A stretch of 64,000 nucleotides of DNA. Origin: Parcubacteria group bacterium (GTDB taxonomy: Bacteria > Patescibacteriota > Minisyncoccia > Phycocordibacterales > DATDWN01). Shown in pieces: positions 44,059 to 54,846 of this stretch (position 1 is its first letter; each line of letters starts with the position of its first letter). The stretch lies in contig DAORIV010000001.1 of NCBI GenBank assembly GCA_035438705.1, positions 43,593 to 107,592 on the forward strand. The letters are read 5' to 3'. Position numbers and translations under genes: made by a program. Under the pieces are notes generated by a model. It was given only the letters and a program-made list of their open reading frames with translations, made no database searches and was not told the origin of the DNA.

Positions 44059-44703
44059 TTAATGTGCAATTGTAAAGCCAATTACATCTTTTGCCCCCTT
44101 ACCAATCAGTATTTTTCTAGCTTCAGTTAGTGTGGTGCCAGTTGTAACAACATCATCAATCAGGAATATATATTTACCAAAAACCCTCTCATCAGCATCA
44201 AAACAATCAGATAAGTTTTTTACTCGTTCTTCTTTTGAGTTGCTATGACTTTGTTTTGGAGTCTCTTTCACTTTGCCAAGCCATTGTGGTGCATAAATAA
44301 GTAGTCTCTGGGTATCACAATCTATTATTGATTTGGCAATTAATTCACTTTGGTTATATCCACGTTGGACTCTTGATTCTGTGGTTATGGGAATCGGTAT
44401 TAACAAAAATTCAGCATTATTGTTGAATAATGATATATCAGAAATTACAGAAATAATTTCTTCGAATATAATTTTTCCAATAGTTTCTAATGGTGAGACA
44501 TTTTCTTTGTATTTCAATTCCCAAATTATTGCTTTTACTCTAGTGTCTTTATATTGAAATAAGGGGGTTATCCATTCTATATCGGTTACTTTTTGAGATT
44601 TGGGTAATGAATATATAGTTTTTTCGTCGAGCTTCTTCACTATTTCATAATTAGATCTTGGTGGAATGATAAAATCCAAGATACTTTTTCCGATCTCAAT
44701 CAT
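44059..44703 (-). CDS. comFC: ComF-family phosphoribosyltransferase-domain protein
   Basis: C-terminal PRTase motif FLIDDVVTTGTT; likely start at MIEIGKS. Confidence 0.7.
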   Translation of the reverse strand: MIEIGKSILDFIIPPRSNYEIVKKLDEKTIYSLPKSQKVTDIEWITPLFQYKDTRVKAIIWELKYKENVSPLETIGKIIFEEIISVISDISLFNNNAEFLLIPIPITTESRVQRGYNQSELIAKSIIDCDTQRLLIYAPQWLGKVKETPKQSHSNSKEERVKNLSDCFDADERVFGKYIFLIDDVVTTGTTLTEARKILIGKGAKDVIGFTIAH

Positions 44704-44779
44704 TCTATTTACAACAGTATTTACCATTATGGTATTTATTATACACCTAATATTGTGATACAATATTTTAAATATATTT

Positions 44780-45907
44780 ATGGCAAATTTCCTATCTCAA
44801 ATAACAGATTTATTTGCAAAGAAAAGTGGAAGTGTCTTAGGCATCGACATAGGTTCATCTTCTATAAAAGTAGTGCAAATAAGTAGAAAAAATGGTCATG
44901 CTATTTTAGAAACATACGGGGAACTTGCTCTCGGACCTTACACTGGGAAGGGGGTTGGGGAGTCTGTAGCTCTACCTCAAGAAAAAGTAATTGAAGCAGT
45001 TAAGGATATGCTTAAAGAAAAAGAGGTAAATATTACGACTATGTCTTGTGGAGTTGCCATACCTTTTGCATCAAGTTTGATGGCGGTAATTGAAATGCCA
45101 GATGTATCGAGGAAAGAATTGGAGCAAATGATTCCTATTGAAGCTAGAAAGTATGTTCCGGTGCCAATATCTGAGGTTACATTAGATTGGTATGTGATAC
45201 CAAAAGATAAAAATGCTGAACCTCTTGTTCCTGCGGACCCAAATGCTCCTAAACCAAAATCAACCATTGAAGTATTAATTGTTGCATTGCACAACGACAC
45301 TATAAATAAATACAAAAATATTGTAACAAATACTGGTTTAGATGTTGGATTTTTTGAGATTGAAATATTCAGTACTATGCGTTCTGTTTTGGATGATGAA
45401 ACTAAACCGGTTTTAGTTGTTGATATGGGAGCATCTAGCACAAAGTTATATATGGTTGAAAGGGGGATACTTAGAGCATCACATATGGTTGAAAGAGGTT
45501 CATATGACATAACAGATGAGTTGTCAAAATCACTTGGTATTTCTCTTACTGATGCAGAATATTTGAAAAGAGAAAAGGGTTTGATAGGAGAAACAAATGG
45601 AATTGCTTTAAAAAATGTTGCTTCCTTTACATTAAACTATATTTTTACAGAAGCAGATCGCTTTATACTTACTTATCAAAAAAAATACAATAAGGATGTC
45701 AGTAAGGTGATTCTTGTGGGGGGTGGTAGTGCATTAAAAGGTGTGGTTCCGTTTGCAAAAGAAATACTTGAAACAGAAGTTTTGGCAGGAGATCCTTTTT
45801 CAAAAGTGGTAGCACCTGCATTTCTAGAACAAGTTCTTAAAGAGACAGGTCCTGAGTTCGCTGTGGCAGTTGGAGTGGCTCTTCGAAAGTTGCAAGAAGT
45901 ACGTTAG
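44780..45907 (+). CDS. pilM: type IV pilus assembly protein PilM (actin-like ATPase fold)
   Basis: GIDIGSSSIKVVQ N-terminus, 375 aa, first gene of pilMNO set. Confidence 0.8.
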   Translation: MANFLSQITDLFAKKSGSVLGIDIGSSSIKVVQISRKNGHAILETYGELALGPYTGKGVGESVALPQEKVIEAVKDMLKEKEVNITTMSCGVAIPFASSLMAVIEMPDVSRKELEQMIPIEARKYVPVPISEVTLDWYVIPKDKNAEPLVPADPNAPKPKSTIEVLIVALHNDTINKYKNIVTNTGLDVGFFEIEIFSTMRSVLDDETKPVLVVDMGASSTKLYMVERGILRASHMVERGSYDITDELSKSLGISLTDAEYLKREKGLIGETNGIALKNVASFTLNYIFTEADRFILTYQKKYNKDVSKVILVGGGSALKGVVPFAKEILETEVLAGDPFSKVVAPAFLEQVLKETGPEFAVAVGVALRKLQEVR

Positions 45908-45962
45908 TTTGACTATTGCAAAATCAAGTATAAAATTTAATAAGATTTTTGGGAGGACTATT

Positions 45963-46145
45963 ATGCCTGAAGTCCAGTCATGTGATTGTAGGCAGGTAGG
46001 AAACGACGAAATGTTTGACCTCGGTCAGTCCTCAAGGGAACTGAGGAGTGTAAAATCCACAAGAAGGGGAATTCTGGTTTGTTTTTTTGTAGTATTTCTT
46101 ATTGCTTTTGGGATTATAACAAAAAGAATTCCCGTTCCTTTCTAA
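45963..46145 (+). CDS. hypothetical ~60-aa tail-anchored protein in GC-richer insert between pilM and pilN (could instead be an sRNA)
   Basis: ATG at 45963 within ORF 45870; C-terminal TM; followed by a strong terminator. Confidence 0.25.
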   Translation: MPEVQSCDCRQVGNDEMFDLGQSSRELRSVKSTRRGILVCFFVVFLIAFGIITKRIPVPF

Positions 46146-46148
46146 GTT

Positions 46149-46199
46149 AGCTCTGCACAAAATATTCGTAAGTATTTTGTGCAGAGCTTTCTGTTTTTA
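46149..46199 (+). terminator. strong terminator (17-bp stem AGCTCTGCACAAAATAT/ATATTTTGTGCAGAGCT + T-run)
   Basis: long perfect inverted repeat then TTTCTGTTTTT. Confidence 0.65.
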
Positions 46200-46253
46200 T
46201 ACACAGTTAATATAGTTTTTTGGGATAGCATATACTATAATTACGTATATATT

Positions 46254-46862
46254 ATGGAACCAAAGTTTCAAACTTCTTTTATTCCGAAAAAAATTGCAGA
46301 AGATGATTCTAGAAATAGAGTTAGCATCTCTGCTGAAACAAATATTTTTACACTTGCCGCCACAGTTGTATTTGTGGTCATTTCACTTCTCTATGGGGGA
46401 TTATTCTTTTATAAAGGGGTAATCATAAAACAAGTAGAAAAAGCTAGACAAGATTTGATAAGTGCTAGTGATGCCATACAGCCGGATAAAATTCAAGAAA
46501 TAATTGATAACAATACTAGAATAAATAATTCCTTGGAAATTTTAGATAAACACTTAGCAACATCTAGATTGATGATGTTTTTAAGTGATTCCACGATAAA
46601 AAAATTAAAATTTAATGAGTTTCTATATCAAAACAAAGATGGTGTTGCGTCTGTAATTATAGACAGTGAGGTTCAGACATACAATGCTTTTGCATATCAA
46701 CAAGAAGTTTTGGCTAAAAGTGAATATGTTAAAAATCCTACATTTACTGACATATCACTCTCTGATGATGGAAATGTTAAGTTTAAGTTTTCTGGAAGAA
46801 TAGAGCAAAGTCTTGTTTCTTACAAAAAAGCTCTTGAGTCAACAATAACAATAAACCAATAA
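46254..46862 (+). CDS. pilN: PilN-like pilus assembly protein
   Basis: N-terminal TM then coiled/periplasmic domain; ATG at 46254. Confidence 0.6.
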   Translation: MEPKFQTSFIPKKIAEDDSRNRVSISAETNIFTLAATVVFVVISLLYGGLFFYKGVIIKQVEKARQDLISASDAIQPDKIQEIIDNNTRINNSLEILDKHLATSRLMMFLSDSTIKKLKFNEFLYQNKDGVASVIIDSEVQTYNAFAYQQEVLAKSEYVKNPTFTDISLSDDGNVKFKFSGRIEQSLVSYKKALESTITINQ

Positions 46863-46863
46863 A

Positions 46864-47418
46864 ATGAAATCTTTATTATCGATACTAGTTATAGCAGTTT
46901 CAGTTGGAGTATATTTTGTATATATCAAACCACTTACTTTGGATATTAGAGTACAGATGGCAAAGAAACAGGAAATTGAAAAAGTGTTGAATAGAGTTAA
47001 AGAGATTAAAGAGAAAAGAGATTCTATATTGGATGAGTACAATGCAATTAGCGTTGAAGATATAGAAAAACTTAATAAAATCATTCCTGAAACCATTAAT
47101 TCAGTTGAAATATTTAATGATCTGGCTTCTGCAGGTGCCGGATACGGTTTAACTGTGCAGGAGTATAAGGCCGATGAAGATAATTCAAACCAAAACTCTG
47201 TTTCAGAAACAGTATCTGATCTTCCGTATAAAAAAACTAAACTCACGATTAAATTTACAGGACCATATTCTCAGTTTGTTGGATTTTTAGAAAAAATTGA
47301 GTCAAGTTTAAGAATAATAGATATAAATTCATTGAGTATAAAACAGGGGTCATCTTCTGATAGGGGTCCTGTTACCCTTGATTATGTGTTGGAAGCAAAC
47401 GTTTATTCTTTAAGATAA
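46864..47418 (+). CDS. pilO: PilO-like pilus assembly protein
   Basis: N-terminal TM, coiled-coil, 184 aa, position after pilN. Confidence 0.6.
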   Translation: MKSLLSILVIAVSVGVYFVYIKPLTLDIRVQMAKKQEIEKVLNRVKEIKEKRDSILDEYNAISVEDIEKLNKIIPETINSVEIFNDLASAGAGYGLTVQEYKADEDNSNQNSVSETVSDLPYKKTKLTIKFTGPYSQFVGFLEKIESSLRIIDINSLSIKQGSSSDRGPVTLDYVLEANVYSLR

Positions 47419-47422
47419 AAAT

Positions 47423-47746
47423 ATGAATGTAACACCCGCAATACAAAAATTAATTGTTACCATAGTGATATTAGTAGGTTTGGGTTATTTACTTTTCAAT
47501 ACTTTGACAAGTGATATTCCAGTGGATGACACTATGGTTGCAACTAAAGCTGAAGGGGAGGAGATACTTATATTGGCAGATAAACTCGATGCAGTTAACA
47601 TTAATGACTCTATTTTTTCATCACCACTTTTTACAAGCTTGGTTGATATTTCTGTTCCAGTTGTAGAAGAACCAAAAGGTAGACCAAATCCATTTTCACA
47701 AATAGGTAATGATACTGTTTCTACAGGACCAGGTGGAGTACGTTAA
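47423..47746 (+). CDS. hypothetical pilus assembly protein (PilP-position)
   Basis: N-terminal TM, 107 aa, within pil operon. Confidence 0.4.
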   Translation: MNVTPAIQKLIVTIVILVGLGYLLFNTLTSDIPVDDTMVATKAEGEEILILADKLDAVNINDSIFSSPLFTSLVDISVPVVEEPKGRPNPFSQIGNDTVSTGPGGVR

Positions 47747-47760
47747 TAACACAGCAAAAT

Positions 47761-49485
47761 ATGGATATTATTCAAATACTAGTACAAAAAGGACTACTGG
47801 ATAAAAAGGATGTTGATTCTATAAAAGATGAAGCCGTTTCATCCGGCTCAACTATTGAACAAGCGCTAATAAAAAGAGGTATCTCTCCTCACGATATTCT
47901 TCTCGCAAAAGGGGAATATTTTGATGTTCCTACTAAAAATCTTGGCGATATTGTAATTACAGAAAAAATTCTAAAATACATTCCAGAAGACTCTGCTTCA
48001 CACTATCATTTTATTCCAATAGCAGTGACTAAGGGTGTTTTGGAGGTTGGAATGGTTAATCCAGACGATATTGAAGCTAGGGACGCATTAAACTTTATTT
48101 CCTCAAAAACAGGTTTGCCATTTAAGATTTACTTAATAACAGAAACTGATTTTGAAAAAGTATTTTCACAGTACAAAGGTTTTTCAGCGGAAGTTTCTAA
48201 ATCTCTTTCTGAACTTGAGAATGAGTTAAAAATGGAAACTACATTAGCCGAAGAAAGAGTAAAAGCTGAAAATGCAGATACTACAGCTCAAGATACACAA
48301 CTTGCTGAAGACGCTCCGGTTACTAAAATAGTGGCTACAGTCCTTCGATATGCTACAGACGGCAATGCTTCCGATGTTCATATAGAGCCATGGAGAGAAA
48401 ATGTAAAAGTTAGATTTCGTGTAGATGGAACCATGAATACAAGTTTACTTCTTCCAATTAAAGTACATCCTGCTGTGGTTGCTCGTATTAAAATACTAAG
48501 TGAAATGAGACTTGATGAAAAAAGAAAGCCTCAAGACGGAAGATTTACAACTAGAATTGATGATAGAAAAATAGATTTTCGTGTTTCAACATTTCCAACA
48601 TATTTTGGAGAAAAAGTGGTGATGAGACTTCTTGATCAAGAGAAGGGTGTAAAAGGTTTAGATAAGTTGGGACTTAGTGAGAGAAACATTAGTATGATTA
48701 GAGCAGCAATTAAAAAACCTTTCGGATTAATACTTATTTCTGGTCCTACCGGATCTGGAAAAACAACCACATTGTATTCCATGTTGAATGAGTTGGATAG
48801 GGAACACCAAAATGTTCTTTCACTAGAAGATCCTATAGAGTATAACATTGAAGGTATTTCCCAATCTCAGGTACAAGCAGATATAGGTTACACTTTTGCT
48901 TCTGGACTTAGAACAACTCTTCGTCAGGACCCAGATGTAATCATGGTGGGAGAGATTCGTGATAAAGAAACTGCTCAGCTTGCTATACAGGCAGCATTGA
49001 CCGGTCACTTGGTGCTTTCTACTATTCACACCAATACAGCTACTGGAGTAATTCCTAGACTCATAGATATGGGTGTTGATCCTTACCTTATTGCGCCTAC
49101 ACTAATACTGGCAATGGCACAAAGACTTACCCAAGCCCTTTGTCCGGATGCTGGCAAGCCTGAAAAAATCGAGGGAAGTTTGAAGGCAATGATTGATAAA
49201 CAGTTCAGTGACCTACCTCAGAAATATGTAGATGAGTTAAATTTAAAAGATGTTGTGTATCATGTCGGCTCAAGTGATGAGTGTCCAAATGGTACAAGGG
49301 GCAGAATGGCGGTAATGGAAGTGTTTGAAATGGATAAGGATTTGGAAAATGCAATACTTAAGGGGGCAAACGAGTTGGATATTGCAAAAATAGTAAGACA
49401 AAAAGGAATGATAACAATGAAGGAGGATGCGATTGTTAAATCCATGAACAAACTAGTTCCTTTTGAAGAAGTTAACATGCTATAA
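47761..49485 (+). CDS. pilB: type IV pilus assembly ATPase PilB (full length with N-terminal GspE_N domain)
   Basis: Walker A ISGPTGSGKTTTLYS, Asp/His boxes, tetracysteine motif; 574 aa. Confidence 0.9.
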   Translation: MDIIQILVQKGLLDKKDVDSIKDEAVSSGSTIEQALIKRGISPHDILLAKGEYFDVPTKNLGDIVITEKILKYIPEDSASHYHFIPIAVTKGVLEVGMVNPDDIEARDALNFISSKTGLPFKIYLITETDFEKVFSQYKGFSAEVSKSLSELENELKMETTLAEERVKAENADTTAQDTQLAEDAPVTKIVATVLRYATDGNASDVHIEPWRENVKVRFRVDGTMNTSLLLPIKVHPAVVARIKILSEMRLDEKRKPQDGRFTTRIDDRKIDFRVSTFPTYFGEKVVMRLLDQEKGVKGLDKLGLSERNISMIRAAIKKPFGLILISGPTGSGKTTTLYSMLNELDREHQNVLSLEDPIEYNIEGISQSQVQADIGYTFASGLRTTLRQDPDVIMVGEIRDKETAQLAIQAALTGHLVLSTIHTNTATGVIPRLIDMGVDPYLIAPTLILAMAQRLTQALCPDAGKPEKIEGSLKAMIDKQFSDLPQKYVDELNLKDVVYHVGSSDECPNGTRGRMAVMEVFEMDKDLENAILKGANELDIAKIVRQKGMITMKEDAIVKSMNKLVPFEEVNML

Positions 49486-49508
49486 TTAAATTACTTTATA
49501 CTCAAGTT

Positions 49509-49901
49509 ATGGAAGCTGATAAAAAAAATTTAAAAATACTACTTGTTGATGATGATCGTTTTCTGTTGGATATGTATATTTTGAAATTTAAGAAATCAGG
49601 TCTAGATATTGATACTGCATCAAATGGTGCTGCAGCATTAGAAAAAATAAAATCTGGGGTAGAGTATGACATAGTGCTTTCTGACATAATTATGCCAAGC
49701 ATGGATGGACTAGAGCTTTTAAAGACCATGAGAACGGAAAAAATACTTCCAAATGCAACTGTCATAATGCTAACAAATCAAGCAGATGATTATGATAAAG
49801 CAAAGGCTTTGGGAGTTGATGGTTATATTATAAAAGCCACAACAATCCCATCTGAAGTTGTAGAAAAAGTATTAACCATTTATAAAAATAAGAAAAAATA
49901 A
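49509..49901 (+). CDS. stand-alone response-regulator receiver (CheY-like) protein
   Basis: LLVDDD...D(S)D..MP..DG REC motifs, 130 aa. Confidence 0.8.
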   Translation: MEADKKNLKILLVDDDRFLLDMYILKFKKSGLDIDTASNGAAALEKIKSGVEYDIVLSDIIMPSMDGLELLKTMRTEKILPNATVIMLTNQADDYDKAKALGVDGYIIKATTIPSEVVEKVLTIYKNKKK

Positions 49902-49903
49902 AA

Positions 49904-50971
49904 ATGTCAGCTGATTATAAAAAAGATTTTGAAAACTTAGTTTCAATAATGGTGCAAGAAGAGGCATCAGATTTACACTTGTCTGAAGGAAGAAAACCTA
50001 CAGTAAGAGCATCGGGGATATTGATACAACTTGAGAATTATCCAGTTATGGCTCATGCAGATATGAAAGGTATACTTGACGCGTTGCTTGATGAAGTTAA
50101 GAAAGAAGTTTTTGAACAAAAAAAAGAAGTTGATTTTTCTTACTTAACAACTGAAGGTTCACGTTTGAGAGGAAACGCTTTTCACAGAATGGATAAAATA
50201 AGTATTGCATTTAGACTTATCCCAAAACAAATAAAAACTTTAGCTGAATTAAAAATTCCTACTATTCTAGAGACATTTACAAGAAAAAAACAAGGTTTCT
50301 TTTTGGTGGTAGGTCCAACAGGTCAGGGTAAAAGTACAACTCTTGCTGCTCTAATTGAAATGATTAACCAAGAAAGACTTGCTCATATTGTTACCATTGA
50401 AGATCCTGTAGAGTATGTTTTTGAATCAAAAAAATCAATTATTGACCAAAGAGAAGTTCTAGAAGACACACCAGATTTTCATACGGCTTTACAAGGCGCC
50501 TTTAGACAGGATATAGATGTGCTTATGATTGGAGAAATGCGAACACCAGAAGATATAGCTACTGCTGTTACTGCTGCAGAAACAGGACATTTGGTTTTTT
50601 CTACGCTTCACACTAACAATGCTGCTCAAACTATAGATCGTATTATTGATTCATTTGACACCATGGCTCAGAAACAAATACGTACACAATTAGCTTCCTC
50701 TTTGCTTGCAGTATTTTCTCAAAGACTCATACCTACAGTTTCAAAAGGATTAGTTCCATCTGTAGAATTACTTATAAACAACAGTGCAGTCGCAAATCTT
50801 ATTCGTGAGGGTAGGACTCATGAAATCAATTCTGTTATTGAGACAAGTTCAGAGCAGGGAATGATAGATTCAAATAGGTATTTAAGTGATTTGGTTCGGG
50901 CGGGAGAGATATCTATCGAAAATGCTTTCTTGTATTCTCAAAATTCAAAAGGTCTAGAAAGAATGTTGTAG
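49904..50971 (+). CDS. pilT: twitching motility / pilus retraction ATPase PilT
   Basis: Walker A VVGPTGQGKSTTL, 355 aa PilT-size. Confidence 0.85.
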   Translation: MSADYKKDFENLVSIMVQEEASDLHLSEGRKPTVRASGILIQLENYPVMAHADMKGILDALLDEVKKEVFEQKKEVDFSYLTTEGSRLRGNAFHRMDKISIAFRLIPKQIKTLAELKIPTILETFTRKKQGFFLVVGPTGQGKSTTLAALIEMINQERLAHIVTIEDPVEYVFESKKSIIDQREVLEDTPDFHTALQGAFRQDIDVLMIGEMRTPEDIATAVTAAETGHLVFSTLHTNNAAQTIDRIIDSFDTMAQKQIRTQLASSLLAVFSQRLIPTVSKGLVPSVELLINNSAVANLIREGRTHEINSVIETSSEQGMIDSNRYLSDLVRAGEISIENAFLYSQNSKGLERML

Positions 50972-50988
50972 AATAAGAATACTTAAAT

Positions 50989-52197
50989 ATGATTTTTAAA
51001 TACAAAGCCATAACAAATACTGGAGAACAGAGAACAGGTACTATTGAGGCTTTTAATGTTGATATAGCAATTAATCAACTACAGAAATCTGGTTTAATTA
51101 TTTCTCAGATTTCTTCCAATGAAGAAGAAAAGGGTTTTAAGATTCCACTCATGTCTTTTTTTAATAAAATATCCAATAAAGACATTGTTATTTTATCAAG
51201 ACAAATAGCCACACTCTTTCAAGCCCAGGTTTCAGCTTTAAGAATTTTTAGATTACTTAGCGAGCAAGCCGAGAATCCTACTTTAAAAAAATATTTAGTT
51301 ACTATTTCTGAAGATATACAAGGTGGAAGTTCTATCTCAAAAGCAATTGAAAAATACCCAACAGCTTTTTCTAGTTTTTATGTAAACATGGTTCGTTCAG
51401 GAGAGGAATCGGGAAAGTTGGATGAGATTTTTAACTATCTGGCAGATTATATGGATAGAACTTATGAAGTTACTTCAAAAGCAAAAAATGCACTTATTTA
51501 TCCAGCTTTCATTATACTGACTTTCATAGGTGTTATGGTGTTGATGTTTACAGTTATTATTCCAAAAATTGCTTTGATGATTGAAGATTCAGGTCAACCA
51601 ATACCTTTTTATACTAAAGTAGTTTTGTGGGTGAGTGACCTTTTGGTAAACAATATAATTCTAATTGGTATAGGAGTTATAGTTATTTCATATTTAACTT
51701 GGCGTTATGCAAGAACTGAAGAAGGTTCATTATATTTGGATAAGCTAAAACTAGATGTCCCATATATCGGTAGTTTATATAGAAAACTATATCTCTCCAG
51801 AATATCAGACAACCTAAACACAATGATTATTTCTGGTATACCAATTATTAAAGCACTTGAAATTACATCCGCTGTTGTAGATAACAAAATTTATCAGGGA
51901 ATACTAACTGATGCATTAAAGAAGGTTAAAGAAGGTACACCACTCTCTGAGGCGTTTTCTCAACATAAGGAGATTCCTGTTTTGTTAAGTCAGATGATAA
52001 AGGTCGGAGAGGAGACAGGAGAATTGGGAAGTATTTTAAAATCATTGGCCAAATTTTATCAAAGAGAGGTTACTGGGGCTGTGGATACATTAGTAGGTTT
52101 AATTGAGCCAGTAATGATAGTGGGTCTTGGATTAGGAGTAGGTTTCTTGCTTGCGGCTGTGCTGATGCCAATCTATAACATCGCCTCCGCAACATAA
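50989..52197 (+). CDS. pilC: type IV pilus platform protein PilC
   Basis: two T2SSF repeats, 402 aa. Confidence 0.85.
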   Translation: MIFKYKAITNTGEQRTGTIEAFNVDIAINQLQKSGLIISQISSNEEEKGFKIPLMSFFNKISNKDIVILSRQIATLFQAQVSALRIFRLLSEQAENPTLKKYLVTISEDIQGGSSISKAIEKYPTAFSSFYVNMVRSGEESGKLDEIFNYLADYMDRTYEVTSKAKNALIYPAFIILTFIGVMVLMFTVIIPKIALMIEDSGQPIPFYTKVVLWVSDLLVNNIILIGIGVIVISYLTWRYARTEEGSLYLDKLKLDVPYIGSLYRKLYLSRISDNLNTMIISGIPIIKALEITSAVVDNKIYQGILTDALKKVKEGTPLSEAFSQHKEIPVLLSQMIKVGEETGELGSILKSLAKFYQREVTGAVDTLVGLIEPVMIVGLGLGVGFLLAAVLMPIYNIASAT

Positions 52198-52398
52198 AAC
52201 TTCCAAATCTGGCGAACTTCTTGTTTCGAGTTTGTAAATTTTCGTCAACGTATATCTAATACGTTTTCTCAGATTTATAAACTCTCAACATCGAATTTCA
52301 TTCAGATTTGAAAGTTTTACTTAAAAATTGGAATTATGTGTTGGGAAGATAAATCAGATTATGAAAGTTTTATCAAATTAAGATATAATTATCTGAAT

Positions 52399-52839
52399 AT
52401 GAATCATAAAAAAGGTTTTACCATAATTGAGTTACTTATGGTTATCGCAATAATAGGTTTACTTTCTACAATCGTGCTTACTTCATTAAGTGGTGCTAGA
52501 AATAGAGGTAGTGATGCTGCTGTAAAAAGCAACTTAAACAGTATACGTTCTGCTGCAGATCTATTTTATGATAACAATGGCACTTCTTATGGAACATTTG
52601 CAATTGGTAATTGCGTTTCAGGTTCTGGAATGTTCGGCAATTCAACAATAATTTCTGCTATCAATGCAGCTATTTCTGCAGGTGACGGCACCTCGAGGTG
52701 TGTATCTTCTGGAACAGCATATGCTGTGGCTGTAGGCATGAAAACCATAGGTCAGTCATGGTGCATAGATAGTTTGGGTAGATCTAAGCTGTATCTTGGT
52801 AATCCAGTTTCAGCTATTTCTGGGTCTAGCTGTAATTAG
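52399..52839 (+). CDS. type IV pilin (major pilin paralog 1)
   Basis: class III signal KKGF|TIIELLMVIAIIG with Glu+5; C-terminal Cys pair (WCIDS...SSCN). Confidence 0.85.
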   Translation: MNHKKGFTIIELLMVIAIIGLLSTIVLTSLSGARNRGSDAAVKSNLNSIRSAADLFYDNNGTSYGTFAIGNCVSGSGMFGNSTIISAINAAISAGDGTSRCVSSGTAYAVAVGMKTIGQSWCIDSLGRSKLYLGNPVSAISGSSCN

Positions 52840-53008
52840 CTTGTGCCTTATCCACAGTGCCACTTTTAATGGGTTTGAAGCAGAAGTATAATATGTATAT
52901 TCGTTTAGTAAAAACGGTAAACTCTCAAAATGTAAATAGCGAGAGGAACGGTCGAGTGGTAAAATTAAATTTATTTATAAGAAAAAATAATAATTTTTAA
53001 AATTAATT

Positions 53009-53446
53009 ATGTCAAAAAGATTTTCACAAGGTTTTACACTTATTGAGTTGTTGGTTGTTATTGCAATTATCGGTATTCTATCATCAGTTGTTCTAGCTTC
53101 TCTTAACACAGCAAGAGGAAAGGGAGCAAACGTTGCTGTAAAAAGTAACCTAAACAACATGAGAGCAGCAGCAGAACTTTTCTACGATAACAACTCTAAT
53201 GTTTACACAGGTTTCTGTGCTACACAAACAGCAGCTATGGCTTCAGCGGCTTCAGCGGGAGGTGGAACAGCAGGAGCATCATCAAACGATTGTAATGATG
53301 CTGCCGGTGCGTGGGCTGCTTACTCTCTACTAAAGGTAGCAGAAGGAACAACAGTTCTATGGTGCGTAGACTCAACAGGAGCATCAAAGGGACAAACAGC
53401 AGCTAACCAAACATCACTTGGTACAACAGCTACAGCTTGTATATAA
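53009..53446 (+). CDS. type IV pilin (major pilin paralog 2, Ala-rich, GC-richer)
   Basis: SQGF|TLIELLVVIAIIG; WCVDS...TACI. Confidence 0.85.
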   Translation: MSKRFSQGFTLIELLVVIAIIGILSSVVLASLNTARGKGANVAVKSNLNNMRAAAELFYDNNSNVYTGFCATQTAAMASAASAGGGTAGASSNDCNDAAGAWAAYSLLKVAEGTTVLWCVDSTGASKGQTAANQTSLGTTATACI

Positions 53447-53468
53447 TATTTATCTTATATAAGTTATC

Positions 53469-53492
53469 AAAACCGGCTAATGGCCGGTTTTG
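53469..53492 (+). terminator. terminator AACCGGC-TAAT-GGCCGGTTTT
   Basis: hairpin plus T-run after pilin 2. Confidence 0.6.
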
Positions 53493-53576
53493 TGTTTATA
53501 AGTTTGTTGTTAATCAAATCAAATCTCTAGTATAATTATAAGTACATAAATTATTATTATTATTATTTTATACATT

Positions 53577-53987
53577 ATGATTGAAACAAAGAAAGGTTTT
53601 ACCCTTATTGAGCTTCTGGTTGTAATTGCAATCATTGGTGTACTTTCAAGTATTACTCTAACTCAACTTAACTCATCCAGAAACAAGGGTGCTGACGCAT
53701 CAGTTAAATCTAATCTGGTAAACATGCGAGGCGTTGCAGAAAACCTGTATGATGCAGCTACTGGAACTAATGGTTTTAACCAAGTCTGTGCCAACTCTTC
53801 TATTTCGGCTATGCAGGCAGCAGCGGTTGCGGCAGGTGGAAACGGTGGTACTTGTGCAAACGCAATAGGATACTGGGTTGCATGGGCAGGACTAAAAACA
53901 AACACAGCAAATGCTTGGTGCGTAGATAGTGTGGGGAATTCAAAACAAATAGTTAAACCAGTCGGAGGCATAACCGTGTGTCCTTAA
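53577..53987 (+). CDS. type IV pilin (major pilin paralog 3)
   Basis: KKGF|TLIELLVVIAIIG; WCVDS...TVCP. Confidence 0.85.
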   Translation: MIETKKGFTLIELLVVIAIIGVLSSITLTQLNSSRNKGADASVKSNLVNMRGVAENLYDAATGTNGFNQVCANSSISAMQAAAVAAGGNGGTCANAIGYWVAWAGLKTNTANAWCVDSVGNSKQIVKPVGGITVCP

Positions 53988-53991
53988 TTAA

Positions 53992-54837
53992 ATGGATCTA
54001 TTTTTTATAACATTAGTTTTTATACTAGGGGCTCTCGTAGGAAGTTTTGTTAATGTAGTTAGTTTGCGTCATGGTACAGGTCTTTCTTCTGCTGTTGGAA
54101 GATCAAGATGCTTTAGTTGTAATACTCAGCTTAAATGGTATGAGCTAGTTCCTATTTTCAGTTTCATATTTCTTAGGGGGGAGTGTAGAACATGTAGGAG
54201 TAGAATATCTATACAATATCCACTGATTGAGTTTTTAACTGGCTTAGTTTTTGTGGGGGTAATTGTGAGACAGATAAGTCTGTGGCCAATCTATAGTGGT
54301 TTTGAAAATGGTCTCATGTTTTCAACACTGCTTGCGGTGTATTATTTTCTAATTTTCAGTATTTTATTCGTGATTATGATTTATGATTTTAAGCATAAAA
54401 TAATTCCGAATTTCTTCGTTTATTCTTTTATACTTCTGAGTCTTTCAAAGCTACTGTTATTTATGTATCTGAAATATCCTGCACTAGAAAAAATAGATTT
54501 ATTTGATATGGCAGCACCTCTCATACTTTTCTTGTTTTTTGCAACTATGTGGATAGTTTCATCGGGAATGTGGATTGGTTTTGGGGATGCAAAGCTCGTT
54601 TTCGGTATCGGGGCATTACTTGGTTTTGCATACGGTATAGGAGCAGTGGTTTTAGGTTTTTGGATAGGGGCAGTATGGAGTATTTTGTTAATAATAAAAA
54701 ATAAAATATATAGAAGTAATAGTAGTATAGGCATGAAAACTGAAATACCGTTTGCACCATTCTTAATACTTGGAACAATAATAGTGTTTATTTTTAGAAT
54801 CGATGTTATGAATTTATCAGCTTTTTTTGGAGTTTAG
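53992..54837 (+). CDS. pilD: prepilin peptidase PilD (A24 family) with N-terminal zinc-finger
   Basis: CFSCNTQL...CRTCRSRI N-terminal Cys tetrad, polytopic membrane peptidase/methyltransferase-like. Confidence 0.8.
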   Translation: MDLFFITLVFILGALVGSFVNVVSLRHGTGLSSAVGRSRCFSCNTQLKWYELVPIFSFIFLRGECRTCRSRISIQYPLIEFLTGLVFVGVIVRQISLWPIYSGFENGLMFSTLLAVYYFLIFSILFVIMIYDFKHKIIPNFFVYSFILLSLSKLLLFMYLKYPALEKIDLFDMAAPLILFLFFATMWIVSSGMWIGFGDAKLVFGIGALLGFAYGIGAVVLGFWIGAVWSILLIIKNKIYRSNSSIGMKTEIPFAPFLILGTIIVFIFRIDVMNLSAFFGV

Positions 54838-54846
54838 ATAAGTAGT

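Noticed and set aside
52840-53008. tRNA-like D-arm motif (GGTCGAGTGGT) between pilin 1 and pilin 2
   Set aside because: Isolated motif without acceptor, anticodon or T-arm. Probably coincidental.
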